DNA of 64,000 nt from Massalongia carnosa (Eukaryota): the NCBI GenBank assembly GCA_965645245.1, contig OZ287076.1, positions 1,736,001 to 1,800,000 on the forward strand. Reading direction: 5' to 3'. Within the stretch, counting starts at the first letter, position 1, and each line of letters opens with the position of its first letter. Positions 47,586-61,409 of this stretch are shown piece after piece. Below the pieces are notes generated by a model that did not search any database, was not told the origin of the DNA, and saw only the letters and a list, made by a program, of their open reading frames with translations. The position numbers and the translations under genes are program-made.

Positions 47586-48528
47586 CTACTCCCAATCATC
47601 ATCATCATCATCAGCCTCCTCCCCCGCTGATGTGTGGAAATGTTTGCCCTTGCCCTTGCGTACTTGGCGCTCGTGACCATCGTCATCGGAATGTTTCGAG
47701 CGCTGGACTCGATAATCGCTAGCGTTGACAGCGCCAACTTCTACCAGAAGATTCTGAAGTTCTACGAAAAAACCACATTTGAGCTCGTACATGACTATGG
47801 GCCAAATAGCGCCAGACTCACCTATCAGTCCTGTTCTCTGACCATTGAGCGTTTTTAGTGTTACAATCTGTTGCTTGATATCCCCGTCTCGATATACAAG
47901 TATAGTTGGCGTGTTCTTTTCTGGGTACCCTTCAATGCACATGTTTGCTTTCATTTCGCAAAACTTGACGTCGCCAAATTTGAGTGCCATTTCCCGCCAT
48001 AGTTCAGTCAGAACTCGAGATTCGACGTTCGTTTCCAGTGAGGAGGTAAGATGAACCAGGACAAATGCTTTGTTAGAAGCTTGGGTCACCTCGCGGGGAT
48101 AATCTAGCTTCTGAAGCGGAAAGACCTGATTAAAGACGCTTAATGTAGATATAGTAGCCAGCTCCGCAAGACGCTGACTGCTATACGTCAAACTGTTAAC
48201 ACGGTAGAAACTTGCCAAAATAGCATGAGTTAATACCGATATTTTTCTAGAAAAGCTTCATCCTCCTCGTCCTCAAGTTCATCCAGTTCATCAAGGTCTT
48301 TGTTTTCGAGCCTATTATCGTGAACATGCCTTCGAGCTTCTTGAATGGCTTCTTGAATGATCGGTGTAGGTGATGGAGGTTTATCAGGAATCACCCCATG
48401 TTTCCGAAGGATATCGTTCCTAGATTTTCATCAAGTGAATATTATAAGAAATGATGAGATTATGGCGAGGAGTACCATTCAGTGTCAGCATTTGGATCAT
48501 CTACTGGGACGTTGACAGGCTTGTCCAT
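47586..48528 (-). CDS. PLP2: Phosducin-like protein Plp2 (CCT co-chaperone)
   Basis: Multi-exon. VDDPNADTEW|NDILRKHGVIP, LDELEDEEDEAFLEKYR, DYPREVTQAS, VKFCEMKANMCIEGYPEKNTPTILVY, acidic C-terminus DDDDDWE. Confidence 0.9.
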
Positions 48529-48946
48529 TTTGAGCGCAGAGTTCAGTTGTGCCTGCTCTGACCATGATATTGGTTTATTGTAAACACATAAAAGGAAATA
48601 GAATATATACAAAATGGTTTCAGAAAAGATGGCCAGGCAACAAAGTAAAGACCAAGCGTGGTGGACTGGTTTTCGGTTGTTTCGCTCAGAAACCCCTCCC
48701 ACTGAAATAACGCTCTACGGGAATTTTGAGATGTAGTGAATTTAACGACCCAAAGCTCTGAAACCCAAGATCGCTTTAGTGATACTACATACTTCAACAT
48801 TCATTCTCATATCTCTGAACTAATTGGCCTTGGAATTGTGATATGATTTAGGTCGCTTCCTTTCTGGCCCTTTTTGTTGGCAGGGTTCACTACAAGACTT
48901 CGGGGCTTTCGAGTTTCCAAGGACTGGAAGTCAGCAGGTCGCCACT

Positions 48947-51900
48947 ATGAGTTACGGGAAGAAAGATGAGGATTCTGACCAGACCGCTGTGAAGGTGGAT
49001 AGAACGTCTGTCTTTCAGGAAGGTTTGGGACCAAAGGATCCGGAAGACGAGCGTTGCTGACAGCTCATCGCAGCCCGTCTGTTCAATTCTTCACCGATAT
49101 CCCCTCGACGATGTAGGATACTTCTTACCAAAATCGCCCTACTCCTCTTTACGGGGGAAAGGTTTCCAACCAATGAAGCCACCTCATTGTTCTTCGGCAT
49201 CTCGAAACTGTTCCAGAACAAGGATGCTTCCTTACGACAGATGGTATACCTCATAATCAAAGAGCTTGCAAACACCGCGGAGGATGTCATTATGGTTACA
49301 AGTAGCATTATGAAGGATGTAGCAGTGGGTAGTGACGTGTTATATAAGGCAAACGCAATTCGTGCTTTATGTAGGATCATCGATGTATGCATGCTGGGCG
49401 GCTCGTCGACAACGGAGCTGACATGAGCCAGGCAAGCACTGTTCAGCAAATTGAGCGCCTCCTCAAAACCGCCATTGTGGACAAAAACCCGTCGGTATCA
49501 TCGGCTGCGCTCGTCTCGTCGTATCATCTGCTTCCCATTGCTCGAGACGTCGTAAAAAGATGGCAGAGCGAAACGCAAGAAGCAGCTTCATCGTCGAAAT
49601 CCTCAGGGGGATTTTCTCTCGGCTTTTCAACCTCCGCAAGTCAGCATCTGTTACAGCCAAGTACCAATTTCATGACCCAGTACCATGCCATTGGGCTTCT
49701 CTATCAAATAAGATCACATGATCGGATGGCCTTGGTTAAAATGGTCAAGCAATTTGGGGCTCCCGGCGTAGTAAAGAGTCCGGCAGGAACCATAATGCTC
49801 GTTAGATTGGCGGCAAAGTTGATCGAAGATGATGCTAGCTTACGAACACCTATGATGCAGCTTCTTGACGGATGGTTACGACATAAAAGCGAAATGGTTA
49901 ACTTCGAGGCTGCGAAAGCGATCTGTAATTTACGGGATGTCACAGATAATGAACTGGTTCAGGCCATTCATGCTCTCCAAACTTTCCTTACATCACCTCG
50001 AGCAGTGACGAAGTTTGCCGCTATTCGGATTTTACATAGTGTTGCATCGTTCAAACCACAAGCTGTCTGTACTTGCAACCCTGACATCGAATCTCTAATT
50101 TCCAACTCAAATCGCTCAATTGCTACATTCGCCATTACCACCTTGCTCAAAACTGGAAATGAAGGTAGCGTCGACAGGCTCATGAAGCAGATTTCTGGTT
50201 TCATGGCAGATATAACGGATGAGTTCAAGATCACGATTGTTGAAGCGATACGTACAATATGTCTAAAATTTCCCAGCAAGCAGGCCGGCATGCTGACCTT
50301 TTTGAGCGGTATCCTTAGAGACGAGGGTGGCTATGAGTTCAAGAGGAGTGTGGTTGAAAGCATGTTTGATTTAATCAAATTCGTTCCAGGTAGCAAAGAG
50401 GATGGTAAACATTTCCTGCTGTTTTATAATTCAAGCTAACTGTTTTAGCTCTTGCCCATCTTTGCGAGTTTATCGAAGATTGCGAATTTACCAAATTGGC
50501 CGTCCGCATACTGCATCTACTCGGTGTTGAAGGCCCCAAAACGCCCCATCCCACCAAGTATATCCGTTATATATATAATCGCGTTGTACTGGAAAACGCG
50601 TTGGTAAGGGCTGCCGCGGTGACTGCGCTGGCGAAATTCGGGGTTGGGCAGAAAGACCCGGAAGTTAAGCGCAGCGTCACAGTACTGCTCACAAGATGTC
50701 TCGACGACACAGACGATGAAGTCCGAGATCGCGCTGCTTTGAATTTGCGCTTGATGACCGAAGAAGATGAAATGGCAAACCGTTTCATTAAAAATGGTAT
50801 GTCTATGGTTCGTAAAGTTACAGTGCAAGGCTGAACTCTCTAGATTCAATGTTCTCCCTCGCAACTTTCGAGCACCAGCTCATCATGTACGTGACTACCT
50901 TGGATAAGGACACTTTTAATACTGCATTCGACATGTCTGCTGTGCCTGTTGTCTCCCACGAGCAGGCTCTTGCAGAGGAGCGAACGAAGAAACTTGCTTC
51001 AGCAACGCCAACGCTGAAAGCTCCCAGTACGGGACCCAAAAAGCCACAGGCTAATGGCAGCGCGGATGGTGTTGCTTCGGCGTTGGCTGCTGCTCAAAGA
51101 CACTCGCAGGAATTGATGCAAGTTCCCGAACTCAAGGCGCACGGCTCCGTGCTGCGTTCGTCCTCTGCTGTTGAGTTGACGGAATCGGAGACGGAATACG
51201 TTGTTTCTGTCATCAAACACATCTTCAAAGATCACATTGTACTCCAATACGAGATTAAAAATACCCTTGCAGACACCGTCTTGGAGGAGGTATCCGTGGT
51301 GGCTACCCCTTCGGAAGCAGATGAAACTTTGGAGGAGGAGTTCATCATACCAGTATCAAAGCTTGAGACAAACCACCCAGGGACGGTATATGTGAGCTTT
51401 AAGAAAACTAGCGACACGCCTTATCCAGTCACGTCATTCACCAATGTTCTCAAGTTCACTAGTAAGGAAATAGATCCCACTACAGGTGAACCGGACGAGA
51501 GTGGTTACGAGGATGAATATCAAGTTGAGGATCTTGAGCTCCTGGGAAGCGATTATGTGATTCCGGCATTTGCAGGCAGCTTTGATCACATTTGGGAGCA
51601 GACAGGAGCCAATGGCGAGGAGGCGTCAGAAATCTTGCAACTGAGCAGCACAAAGAGCATAGCAGGTAAGTCCTGTAATGGTTTCTGGCCCCGATCATGC
51701 TTCAACTGACCACCATTCGCACAACATCAATGTACTGTACTTGAAATCTAGGTGCTAACCTCCCTTTCCATAGATGCAACCGAGCAACTCACTAAGGCCC
51801 TCTCGTTACAGCCTTTGGATGGCACCGACGTGAGCATTTCCACAAGCACACATACTCTTAAGTTGTATGGCAAAACGCTTGCTGGCGGGAAGGTTGCTTC

Positions 51901-52006
51901 CATTGTACGGATGGCTTACTCGGCCAAGACTGGAGTGACTACGAAGATCACAGTGAGAAGTGAGGAGGAGGGCGTGGCATCTTTAGTAATTGGAAGCGTA
52001 TCATAG
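48947..52006 (+). CDS. SEC21: Coatomer gamma subunit
   Basis: MSYGKKDED...[60 protein letters not shown]. Several canonical introns; stop at 52006. Confidence 0.96.
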
Positions 52007-52129
52007 GTATAGCTTATACAGGTCATGCAGCAGCCTTGGTGGACGAGCCTTGACTGAGCCAACGCTCGAGCCGCATAATTTGGTTTGGAGGTAGATGAAT
52101 TGAGTATTAAAATCTGAAGGCAGGGTCAA

Positions 52130-52138
52130 ATGAGTCAT
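52130..52138. promoter_or_regulatory. Gcn4/CpcA-type element ATGAGTCAT upstream of the aspartyl-tRNA synthetase gene
   Basis: Perfect 9-bp consensus about 285 bp upstream of the ATG. aaRS genes are established cross-pathway-control targets. Confidence 0.5.
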
Positions 52139-52421
52139 CTAACGTTCGATTGATCTTGGGATTCGTGACTTAGCCCGATGTACCATGGTCAAGAAGAGAC
52201 AAACATCCTTTATGAATTCCATCCAGCAATTGCTAGACTTTAAATGATCAGTGTAAATAGCCGTTGAGCGTGTTTTCACAAATTGAGAGCACTGATGTTG
52301 ATCTAAGTCGACTGAATTACCTCGTGATTGATTGTTATGCAACATCACAATGGATTGGCGCTTACGGCTTCTTTAGTCACGCATTTTCATCCCGCCCCAC
52401 CAACCCACAACTCGCCCCTCT

Positions 52422-54221
52422 ATGGCTTCACAGCCAGAGCCAGGCCTTCCGTTAAGGGCCAAAGAAGAACAAGTGGGTGCCGAAGGATCCAGTAAAAGTT
52501 CTTTAAAAAAAGCTGCCAAGGAGAAAGAGAAGGCCGAGAAAGCTGCTAGACGACTAGAACATGAGAAGCAAGAGAGGGAAAAGGCTGCGGCAAGTGATAC
52601 TGCAAGACATTTATACGGCCTATTACCCTCAGCGCCAGAAGTCTCGCCGTCCAGCCAATTCACAAACCTGTCTGAGCTCTACAACGTGACAGAGGACCAG
52701 GAGATTACAGTTGATGTACGGGTTCACAATGCTAGAGCTCAGACCGCCAAGTTGGCTTTTTTGGTTCTACGCGAAGGCCCCGACACAATTCAAGCCGTCA
52801 TTGCGGAAGGAGGTGACAACAAGGTCTCGAGGCAGATGGTGAAGTGGTCGGGGGGAATCAACATTGAGTCAATCGTCCGGGTCACTGGATTGGTCAAACA
52901 GCCAAAAGAACCAATTAAATCCACCAGCATTTCAAACTTCGAACTTCATGTGCAAAGGATTTATCTCATCTCCGAAGCTGCAGAGAGACTCCCAATTCAG
53001 CTGAAAGACTGCATGCGGCCTCCTCCTGTCGGTGACGAAGCACAAGGCGAGATTGAAGTGAATAGTCAACGGCCTCCATCGCTAAGCTTGAATGCAAGGC
53101 TGAACAATCGTGTCTTGGATTTGCGAACTGCTGCGAACCAGGCGATCTTTCAGCTTCAAAGCGGAATCAGTAATCTTTTTATCGAGCATATGAACAAGCA
53201 TAACTTTATATGGGTTCAATCAGCTAAGATTGCTGGTGCTGCAACTGAAGGTGGTTCTGGAGCTTTTGAGATAAAATATTTCGACACCAAAGCATATTTG
53301 ACTCAAAGCCCCCAATTCTTCAAACAAATGGCCATCGCAATGGACATGAAGCGTGTATGTGAGATTGGTCCCGTGTTCAGGGCCGAGAACTCGAACACTC
53401 ACCGGCATTTGACTGAGGTATGTCAATCTTGATTTCATAGGATTTGTAAACCTTCCCCCGCTCGTTATATATTAAATGTAAGATAGTTCACGGGACTGGA
53501 CTTTGAAATGGTCATTAGGCACCACTACCATGAAGTTCTCTCCTTTGGCGAAAATTTGATGATCTTTATAATCCGAGCTCTCCAAGAGCGCGAAGAATTC
53601 CGGCGCCTCACGCGTCTCGTCGAGCAAGTTTACCCTGGCGCAGGTAATTTCAAGCTCCCCCCAGGCGACGAAGCGGTGCGAATCACATTTGCCGAAGGCA
53701 CGAAGCTCCTCAACGAAGCTGGCATCCAAGCCGGCGAGTACGACGACTTAAGGTAGGTACCAACCTTCCACTAAGCTCTCCATCCTCACTGACTCGCCCC
53801 CGTCATAAGTACATCTCAAGAAAAGGCCCTTGGCGGCCTGATCCTCCAAAAATATTCAAGCGACTTTTTCACCATGGACAAATTCCCACGAGTCATTCGA
53901 CCTTTCTACACTGCCCCCGACCCCGAAAACCCGCGCCTCTCCAACTCCTTCGACTTCTTCATGCGCGGTCAGGAAATCATGTCCGGCGCCCAACGCATTC
54001 ACTCCTACACCCAGCTTTGCGAGAATATGCGTCGCAACGACCCCCCTCTCGATCCTCAGAGCGAGGGCTTCCGCCACTATACTGACGCGTTCAAATACGG
54101 ATGTGCGCCGCATGGAGGAGGCGGATTGGGCTTGAACCGCATTTTGCAGTTTTACCTGGGGCTGCCGGATATTCGGCTCGCGACGCTGTTTCCGAGAGAT
54201 CCGGCGAGGAAGGCCCCTTGA
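52422..54221 (+). CDS. DPS1: Cytosolic aspartyl-tRNA synthetase
   Basis: OB-fold (RVHNARAQTAKLAFLVLR), RLNNRVLDLR, motif 2 GPVFRAENSNTHRHLTE|FTGLD, SGAQRIH, motif 3 PHGGGGLGLNR...FPRDP. Introns 53419-53485 and 53753-53809. Confidence 0.92.
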
Positions 54222-56581
54222 TTCAGGGACGAGAGCTATTTTTCGAGCAATGTGGATATGGGACAAGGAAGAAGGAGGGGAGAGGTTGATGAAGCAAACG
54301 CATGGCATGAGTCAATATTATGCTTACGAAGTCCCTAGTAAGGGTTGCCTTAACCCTTAACGATAGATAAGTCTCTAGGCATGTAAAAACCACCAAGATG
54401 AATGCGCAGCCAGCGCCTTTGGGCTTAGAATAGATACTCATTCCTTGCAATTGATTGCAGCTGAGTTCCATCGTTCAGGGCGAGATCACCACAAACAGAG
54501 TTTGTTTGATTGGCTTCAGCGGCTCATCTTTCTGTTCATAAATTTTTTTAAAATAAAAAAATAAACAATTCAGTCTCATGTGAATGCGCACTCCTCAATC
54601 CTTCTAGTATATCTCATCATATTTGATTGCTTTACATCCAAGAATGCTCCCGATAATGTCGTCTTTACCAGAGTAACCCCCCCAGCTTCAAGTACACAAC
54701 TATTGCTACTATCAAAGACTGGGGTTTTAGCAACTGCTAGGCGTTTGTTTCTTTTTTCTTGACAATATAGAGCTTTCATGTCATGAAGCGTTTTTTTGTG
54801 GTGGTTGTGACTATGCGCGAATGTCTATTGAGGCGTAGGATATTATCTAAAAGATCAGACAATCCCTCCTACCTTGCGCCGTCCACTTTTGGATGTATAT
54901 CGACATCCATCCATTCACTAAACACCAAAGTGTCTCACTTAGACCTTTTGGCATTCTTCTAATCTCGGCCTTCGGGAGGCGGGAAGTTATGCTATACTGA
55001 CAAACAATGGAAATCATGAGGAGAAGGCATTAATTTCCATATCCTTGTAGTACTGAACTCGGTCAAACTCGTCATACGGAAAAGGAAGAAGTCGCTTAGC
55101 AGCACCGGCTGGGTTTCAAATCTCTCAGAGAAACTGCATAGATATATATCCCTCTCACGGGTTTCCAACAATCTCACCAACAGAACCACCTCCCGTCCCC
55201 CCCCCTCCTTTTCCCATCAAAGCAGGACTCCTCACCCCTTTCTCAACGCTACGTCGCCGTCACCGTCACCGAACGGGGACATGTACGAGGATCCTCTATG
55301 CGCCTTTCACCCTCAACTTTCCCCGTCCGCTTGCGCGTCCAGGTCGGGGATTAGGGAAAGCGGGCTGGGTGGCGATGCCCCCCGGGGGGGGGGGAAGCCT
55401 AGAGCCGGTTTTTGGGGATGGGGCGGTGTTGGAAAGCTTGTAGGGGCGGAGGGGCTGGTTTAGAGGGGAAAGGGGGGTTAGAGGATTTGGGGGGGGGGGT
55501 GGGTTTTCGATGGTTGGAGTGTGGCTTGGGGTGGTGCTTTTTTTTTTTCCTTATTCCGGTTTGATTCTGTCTCTTCCCCTCAAATACTAATTTTGCTCCC
55601 ATACCCCTTGAATTAACCATAAGAATCTGGAGTTTTGTGTAGAGAAGGAGTTTTTGAGCTGTAAGTGGTGGAAGACATGGAAAGGAAGGGAGGGGGGAAA
55701 TGGAAGATGGGAAATGTGAAATGTGAAATAGAAATGGAGATAGGACTAGGTATGTAGACTTAGAAATAGAAAAGGAAAGTGCTTTCAAGAAAAGATGGAA
55801 AAAACCGAAGGAACATCCAAGTCCTCATCAGCTAACCTTTCCACTTTCCCGGACAGCTCAGGAAAAAAGGAACGAAAACTCTTGAATTCACTACTAAACT
55901 ACACTAATCCTACCTCCCGCACCCCCGGATCTTATCCCGTTCTATCCCATAACATTCCCTCACAGAACAGAGGTCTTTCCTCTTGCTCTACTCACAACGC
56001 GCCCCTAGCGACGAGCCCAAAGGAAAAAGGAGAACAGGACAACAGGAGAAGGAGAAATGCTTCGATGGACGACACCAAACATGTAGGTAGATCAAAACAC
56101 TTATTCGCTCGTCCGACTAGCGTGCTAGAACACAAAAAAAAACATATACAAAATGAATCTCGCCTTGCTCTTCACTCTCTCGTCATTGCCTTTTTCCAAG
56201 TTATAATCATTTGGGGGGAGGGGAGGGGGGCGATATCTTGCCGCCCTCCATCTTTCCAATCGCATATCTCTTTGTCGCCCGCTCCATGCCCAAGCGATGA
56301 AACGAAATTCAAGAAAATTAAAGGGAAGGGAAAAAAGTAAGGAGATTCCGCCCTGACACATTTCGTTCCGTCTCTTCTCATTCGACATCGAGAGCTAGTT
56401 TCGTTATGCGGGCACTCGTCAACCCTGCTGCGGCACATCTCCCTTTTCCTCATTGGTGTCCAGGCTACCGGACATGACGATCACTTTAGCGCCCCCTGCC
56501 TGCTCCTCAGGACACACGTCTGCTATCGTTGCCGTATCATGTAATCTTCCACCAGCAACGGGCGCTGACTAAGTAGGACTG

Positions 56582-59500
56582 CTAACGCGAGCCCTTCTCG
56601 GCCGCATTTCCCTTGGTCGGTGTTTCCTCGCCATCGCTACCTCTACCCTTCTTCTCCGCTTCCTCGGCATCCAACCTTTTCCTCCAGCTCGCCAGGCTGT
56701 CGCTCATAACTTCTCCGCCAGCGGTCCCAGGGGTGATAGGGGAGCGCTCGAAGTCGAACTGATTACTGAGTCTATAATTGCGATGCGTGCCCTCCCAGTG
56801 CGTGCGCAAAGATTCGAGTTCCGAGGCGAGACTGTCAAGCGCGAGGGAGTTACGATTGTTGGTCGGACTGACCGTGTCGGCGGCATGGCCTTGGAATGAG
56901 GGATCGGTAGAAATGCTGTTGCTTTCGGAATGGCCACCCCGCGCGGTGGAGGTTGTAGACAGGTTGCGCAGGTGGTGACCGTTGGTGTGTATTTGCTGGG
57001 ATTGACGCCGGTAATTGCCAACAGAAGTGTTAACTTGATCCAGTAATAATGTCACCTTCTGCTCAGCGTCGATAGCACGGGATTCGAGCATCGAATTTTC
57101 GCTTTTCAACTGTTCTAACTCCGTGCGTGCTCGTTGGGAGGTGTGAGCAAGCTGTTGCTGAGTCTGCTCGTTGAGATTACGCAGATGGTCACGATCTTCT
57201 TGCACGGCGTAGAGTTCGGACTGAACCTCCTCTCTCTGCCGCTCAAGCTGAGCTACCGATTCCTTTACGCTCTCCTGCATCTCGCCGATTTCTCGATGGA
57301 GTGATTGACGCTCTCGCTCCCATTCAGCGGCAGCGTCCGATTCAATCGACCGTGACCTCGAATGGCGGGAGCCTTCGAGTTCGCTTTGTAGTCGCGCGTT
57401 CTGGGCTTTGTATTTGGTAAGTTCATCTTTCATCCGCTTAAGCATCTTCTCCGTTCCTTTAACGTAGTGCACAGCAGATTGGTAATCTTGCTCAAGCTGC
57501 TCAAGCTTTTCTTGATAGGCCTTCTCTGCTTCCTGTTCCCTTGTTTCAAATGACATCTTCGTTTCTTCATGCTCTTTTGTACTTGCATCCAGCTGTTGCT
57601 CAAGTTCACGCAGTCGCGTCTGGTCAGGCGTGTTGAGGCGAGATCCTGGACTATCGGCATTCCTTGTTCTTCCAATGTCCGAATCACCTCTCTCCTCGAG
57701 CAAGTCCTTGAGAGCGTTATGGCGTACCGCTAGAGCACTTGCATCGCGCTGATGAGTCTCTAGTTGCTGATAGACTGCATCATGTTTGCTTTGAACCTCC
57801 TGCGCTTTCTGAACCGTAGCTTGTAATCGCTTACGGAGCGTCAAATTCTCACCACTGGATTGCTCTTGATTTGACTCTAAGACCACAATGCGCTCCTCTG
57901 CTCTTCGCAGCTTGTCTGCCGCATTATCGGCGTCTTCTTGAATCTTACGGACTAAAGCATGAGCATCGTCGACCTGCTGCCGCAATGTCGAAATGCGCTC
58001 ATCATTAGGCAAGAAAGCTCGTTCGCTAGCATTGCCGGCGTTGAGCTTATCGAGACCAGCCAAAACGATTTGACGATGCGTACGAGCCTCATTGGCGTGA
58101 GTTTCTGCAATCTCCTCTGCATCTCGAAGCTTGCGTCCAGTAGCCTCGAGCTCAGCGGTTCGCTCTTCATGCTCAGCCCGCAGCTGCAGTAACTTTTGAT
58201 CAACCGCTTCCCTTTGATTCCTCTCCTCCTCCAGTTTCCTCTCCAGCAGCGAAACCTTATCGTCCGATACTCCTACAGCTTCTCGAAGCGATATAAACAT
58301 GGTCGTATGCTGCTTCTTCTCCTCCAAGGCATTTTCTAATTGATGACTTAGATCATCCTTATCCAGCTGCAGCATCTGTAATTGGGCCTGGACCTCCGCT
58401 TTCTGGGCCGCCTCCTCCCGAGCGGTCTTCGATGCCACATGAAGCTCTGTCCGCAGTTTCTCAACATCGTCTAGATTTCGAGATTCGTCGAATTCTGCAG
58501 CCCGTTTCTGAGTAGCTTCTGAAGTGCCTTCGGCCAACTCCCGGGCATGTTTCTCTGCCTCCACTTGTGTAGTCAAAGAAGCCACCGTAGAGCGGAGTTC
58601 AGCCTGAGCTGCTAATGCTGTTGCGAGCTTCCGGCTTAGATCATTAGAGCGATCATCGCTGATAACATCCTTGGACATATTCTCAGAAACCGGTGTATTG
58701 GAATGGCTCCCTCCATGTGCCGCGAGCTTAGCCTTTGCGTACACAGCCTCTCTGATCGCTACATCGCGTTGTTGTTCAATCTCAGCAACTTCCTGGGCTG
58801 CCGCAAGCATCCTCGAGTCGACGGACTCTTGAACCTCGGCGAGCCGCGTACGCATAGCAATTAAAGCTTCAATTAGCGGCTTATCTTCCTCACCAAACGA
58901 AGACGCCGATTTCTCATCAAGTGCTGGGGTTTGCGATGAGTTTTGATGATAACCTGCCTTTCGGGCCAACGCTAGTTCGGATGCCAACCAAGCATTACGG
59001 TGTCTTGCTGCTTCAAATTCTTGCACAAGAGCTTCCTGTTGGCTTTTAATTTCTGCGGCTTGCTGCGCGGCTAGTAAAGTCTTACTCATCTCCGGCGTAT
59101 CTTTCACAGCTGAAGACTTTTCTCCAACATTGTACGAGTCCAGAGAAGGTCTTTGCTGCTGCATTTGTTTGGGGAACTCAACATTCTCCTCTCCTAGCCG
59201 TTGCTGCGCTTCATGGGACCGCGACCTCGTGAGGTCGCCGTGCAAACGTTGAGGCTCATCCATTTCCGTAGTTGGGCCAGCATAGTTTGATGGTTGCTGT
59301 GTAAACTGCTGATTTGGAGTATGCCGCCCATTTGCTATTGGACTAAGTGCTCGAATCGATAGAGCAGGTCTTGGCCCTTCTCCCATGGCTGGTGGCACAG
59401 TGTCCTTCTCTGCTGAGTTTGCTCTCAGACTATCTGCTGGAAGCCCAAAATTCCGATTATCTCTGGTAGGCGTCCTACTTCTAGGACCAGTTAGTCCTGG

Positions 59501-61409
59501 CAATACCCCATTGACCCTAGGCGGTGGTGCTTGTTGTTGAGGAGGGGGTCCTGAGGGCGCTTGTGCGAGGGATGCACGAGGGAGCCTAGATCCAGGACCT
59601 TGCCCGGGGGGTCCGTTGCCCGGGTTCAGATCACGACCACCAGGTCCACCTGGTCTATTTACCTCCAGCACGCCCATCTCACGAGATCCACTGAATTGTC
59701 TTCCAAGCCCATCGTTAGGGCCTGTTGAAGCATCTCGTGGTGGGCCTCGAATTTGGGACATGGCTCCTTTTTCTCCGCTCGGTCTACGATTCCCTTGAAC
59801 CCGTTCCCCAGACGGAGTTTGTTGGATTTGCTGATTGTTTGGATACCTGATTTTGCTTGTATTTAGAACGTAGACCAAGCTTAGTTCTCCGGCGTCTCGA
59901 GGCGCCGAGCTCGGTTCTCCTGCTAGCACAACAATCTGTTGACCAAATGCAGTCATACTATGACCAGACCGCGGGGATGGCGAGGGACCCATGTTTTGAA
60001 ACGTGTACCAACGCCGAGATGTTATCCTGAACGCTGCCAGATCACCCAGGTCGGCGCCTTCCTCTGTTCGCCCTCCAAAGATATACATGTCGTCATTAAC
60101 CAATGCCGCTGAATGACCTTCACGGGGAACAGGGATAAATCCGATGCAGTCCAGCTGAGTCCAGGCAACTTGCCTAGGGTCATAAGACCAAACATCGTTA
60201 AACCACTCAGTACCATTGGTGCCACCAAATCTAGGCTCGGGTTAGCTGAAAGCTCAAGATGACCACAAGCTAGTTACTCACAAGTATAGCTTGTCATTCC
60301 AGCTAACAATAGTATGATTTGTTCTCGCGGGTGGGATTTGCCCTTCCGGAGGACCTCCTTCATTGCTGTTTTGGATTAAATGCTCCCATTGGCTATTGAG
60401 GTTTTGTAAAGTGTTCAGATCAAAGGCGATCAAATCGTTAAAGAAATAACCTTCCACTTGTCCGCCAAAAACGTAGATCTTTGAGCCCAAAATATTCAGG
60501 GTATGCCCGTACCGCCCGGCTGGTCTTTGTCCTGGAGGCATTGATCTTGACCAATGACGTGTAGCTGGAGGTATTAGAGCTGATACCGGCCCAAATTCTA
60601 GTCTCACTCACTTGTGTTAAGAAGGTATAATGTATCGTCAAGCTTATCACCATCATCCATTTTGGTGTCACCACCGAACACAATGAACGCATTTCCAACC
60701 AGTAAGCTAGCATGACCAACACGGGGTCCAGGCCCTTCAAATGTGGTGTTGACTGGATAACAGGCAAGATTCGCCACCCCTGCTTCTATCATCCACAAGT
60801 CTCCCTTTACAGTCGAGCTATTAACCAAACCCCCCATCAGATACACGTCTCCTTCTTTTGACGATACCGCGTTAACAGCAGCGCCGTATCGAGGAAATGG
60901 GTTGGGCTGGGACGAGGGGAATGTTAGCCGTCGTTGAGACCATGGGTATAGAGCGGCTGGGGTACGGTCTGGCGGAGAGGCTCCATTGGGACCTTCTCGA
61001 GGGGCAAACTGCTAGACAAATCATTAGCTGATCAAAATTACTATCTTACACGACCCTGAATGGAGGTGCTGAGCTTTCATGTTGCCCAAGCTCATTGATA
61101 ATGCACGACAATTCTCAGAGAACATACAGGTATATCTTGATCAAGTCCTCCACGCTGATCCTGCTTGTGATCCGGGCTTGGCGTATGGGGTCCACTTATT
61201 GAGTTAACCGAGTTATTCACACTACTGCTCGGTGTGGCTTCTGGCGGCGGCGGCGACTGCACGCCACCCGCCCCTCTTTCTTTGCTTTTCGTACCATTGG
61301 CCTTCGGAATGGATGAAGTGGTGCTGGTACCCCCTGCAGTATGTGTCTCGCGCGAAGCTGGTGGAAGCGGATTGAGAACTTGCTTCTTCTTGCCGAAGAG
61401 GAAGGACAT
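56582..61409 (-). CDS. KEL1: Kelch-repeat + coiled-coil cell-end marker protein (Kel1/Tea1/TeaA)
   Basis: MSFLFGKKK start. Kelch repeats (GPGPRVGHAS, PAGRYGHTL, PPARTNH, PSPRSGHSM) across several exons, long coiled coil, QDYQSAVHYVKGTEKMLKRMKDEL. Confidence 0.9.

Noticed and set aside
55281..56453. Several 60-180 aa ORFs between the AspRS and KEL1 genes
   Set aside because: Low-complexity purine/pyrimidine-rich intergenic or UTR sequence with no motifs.
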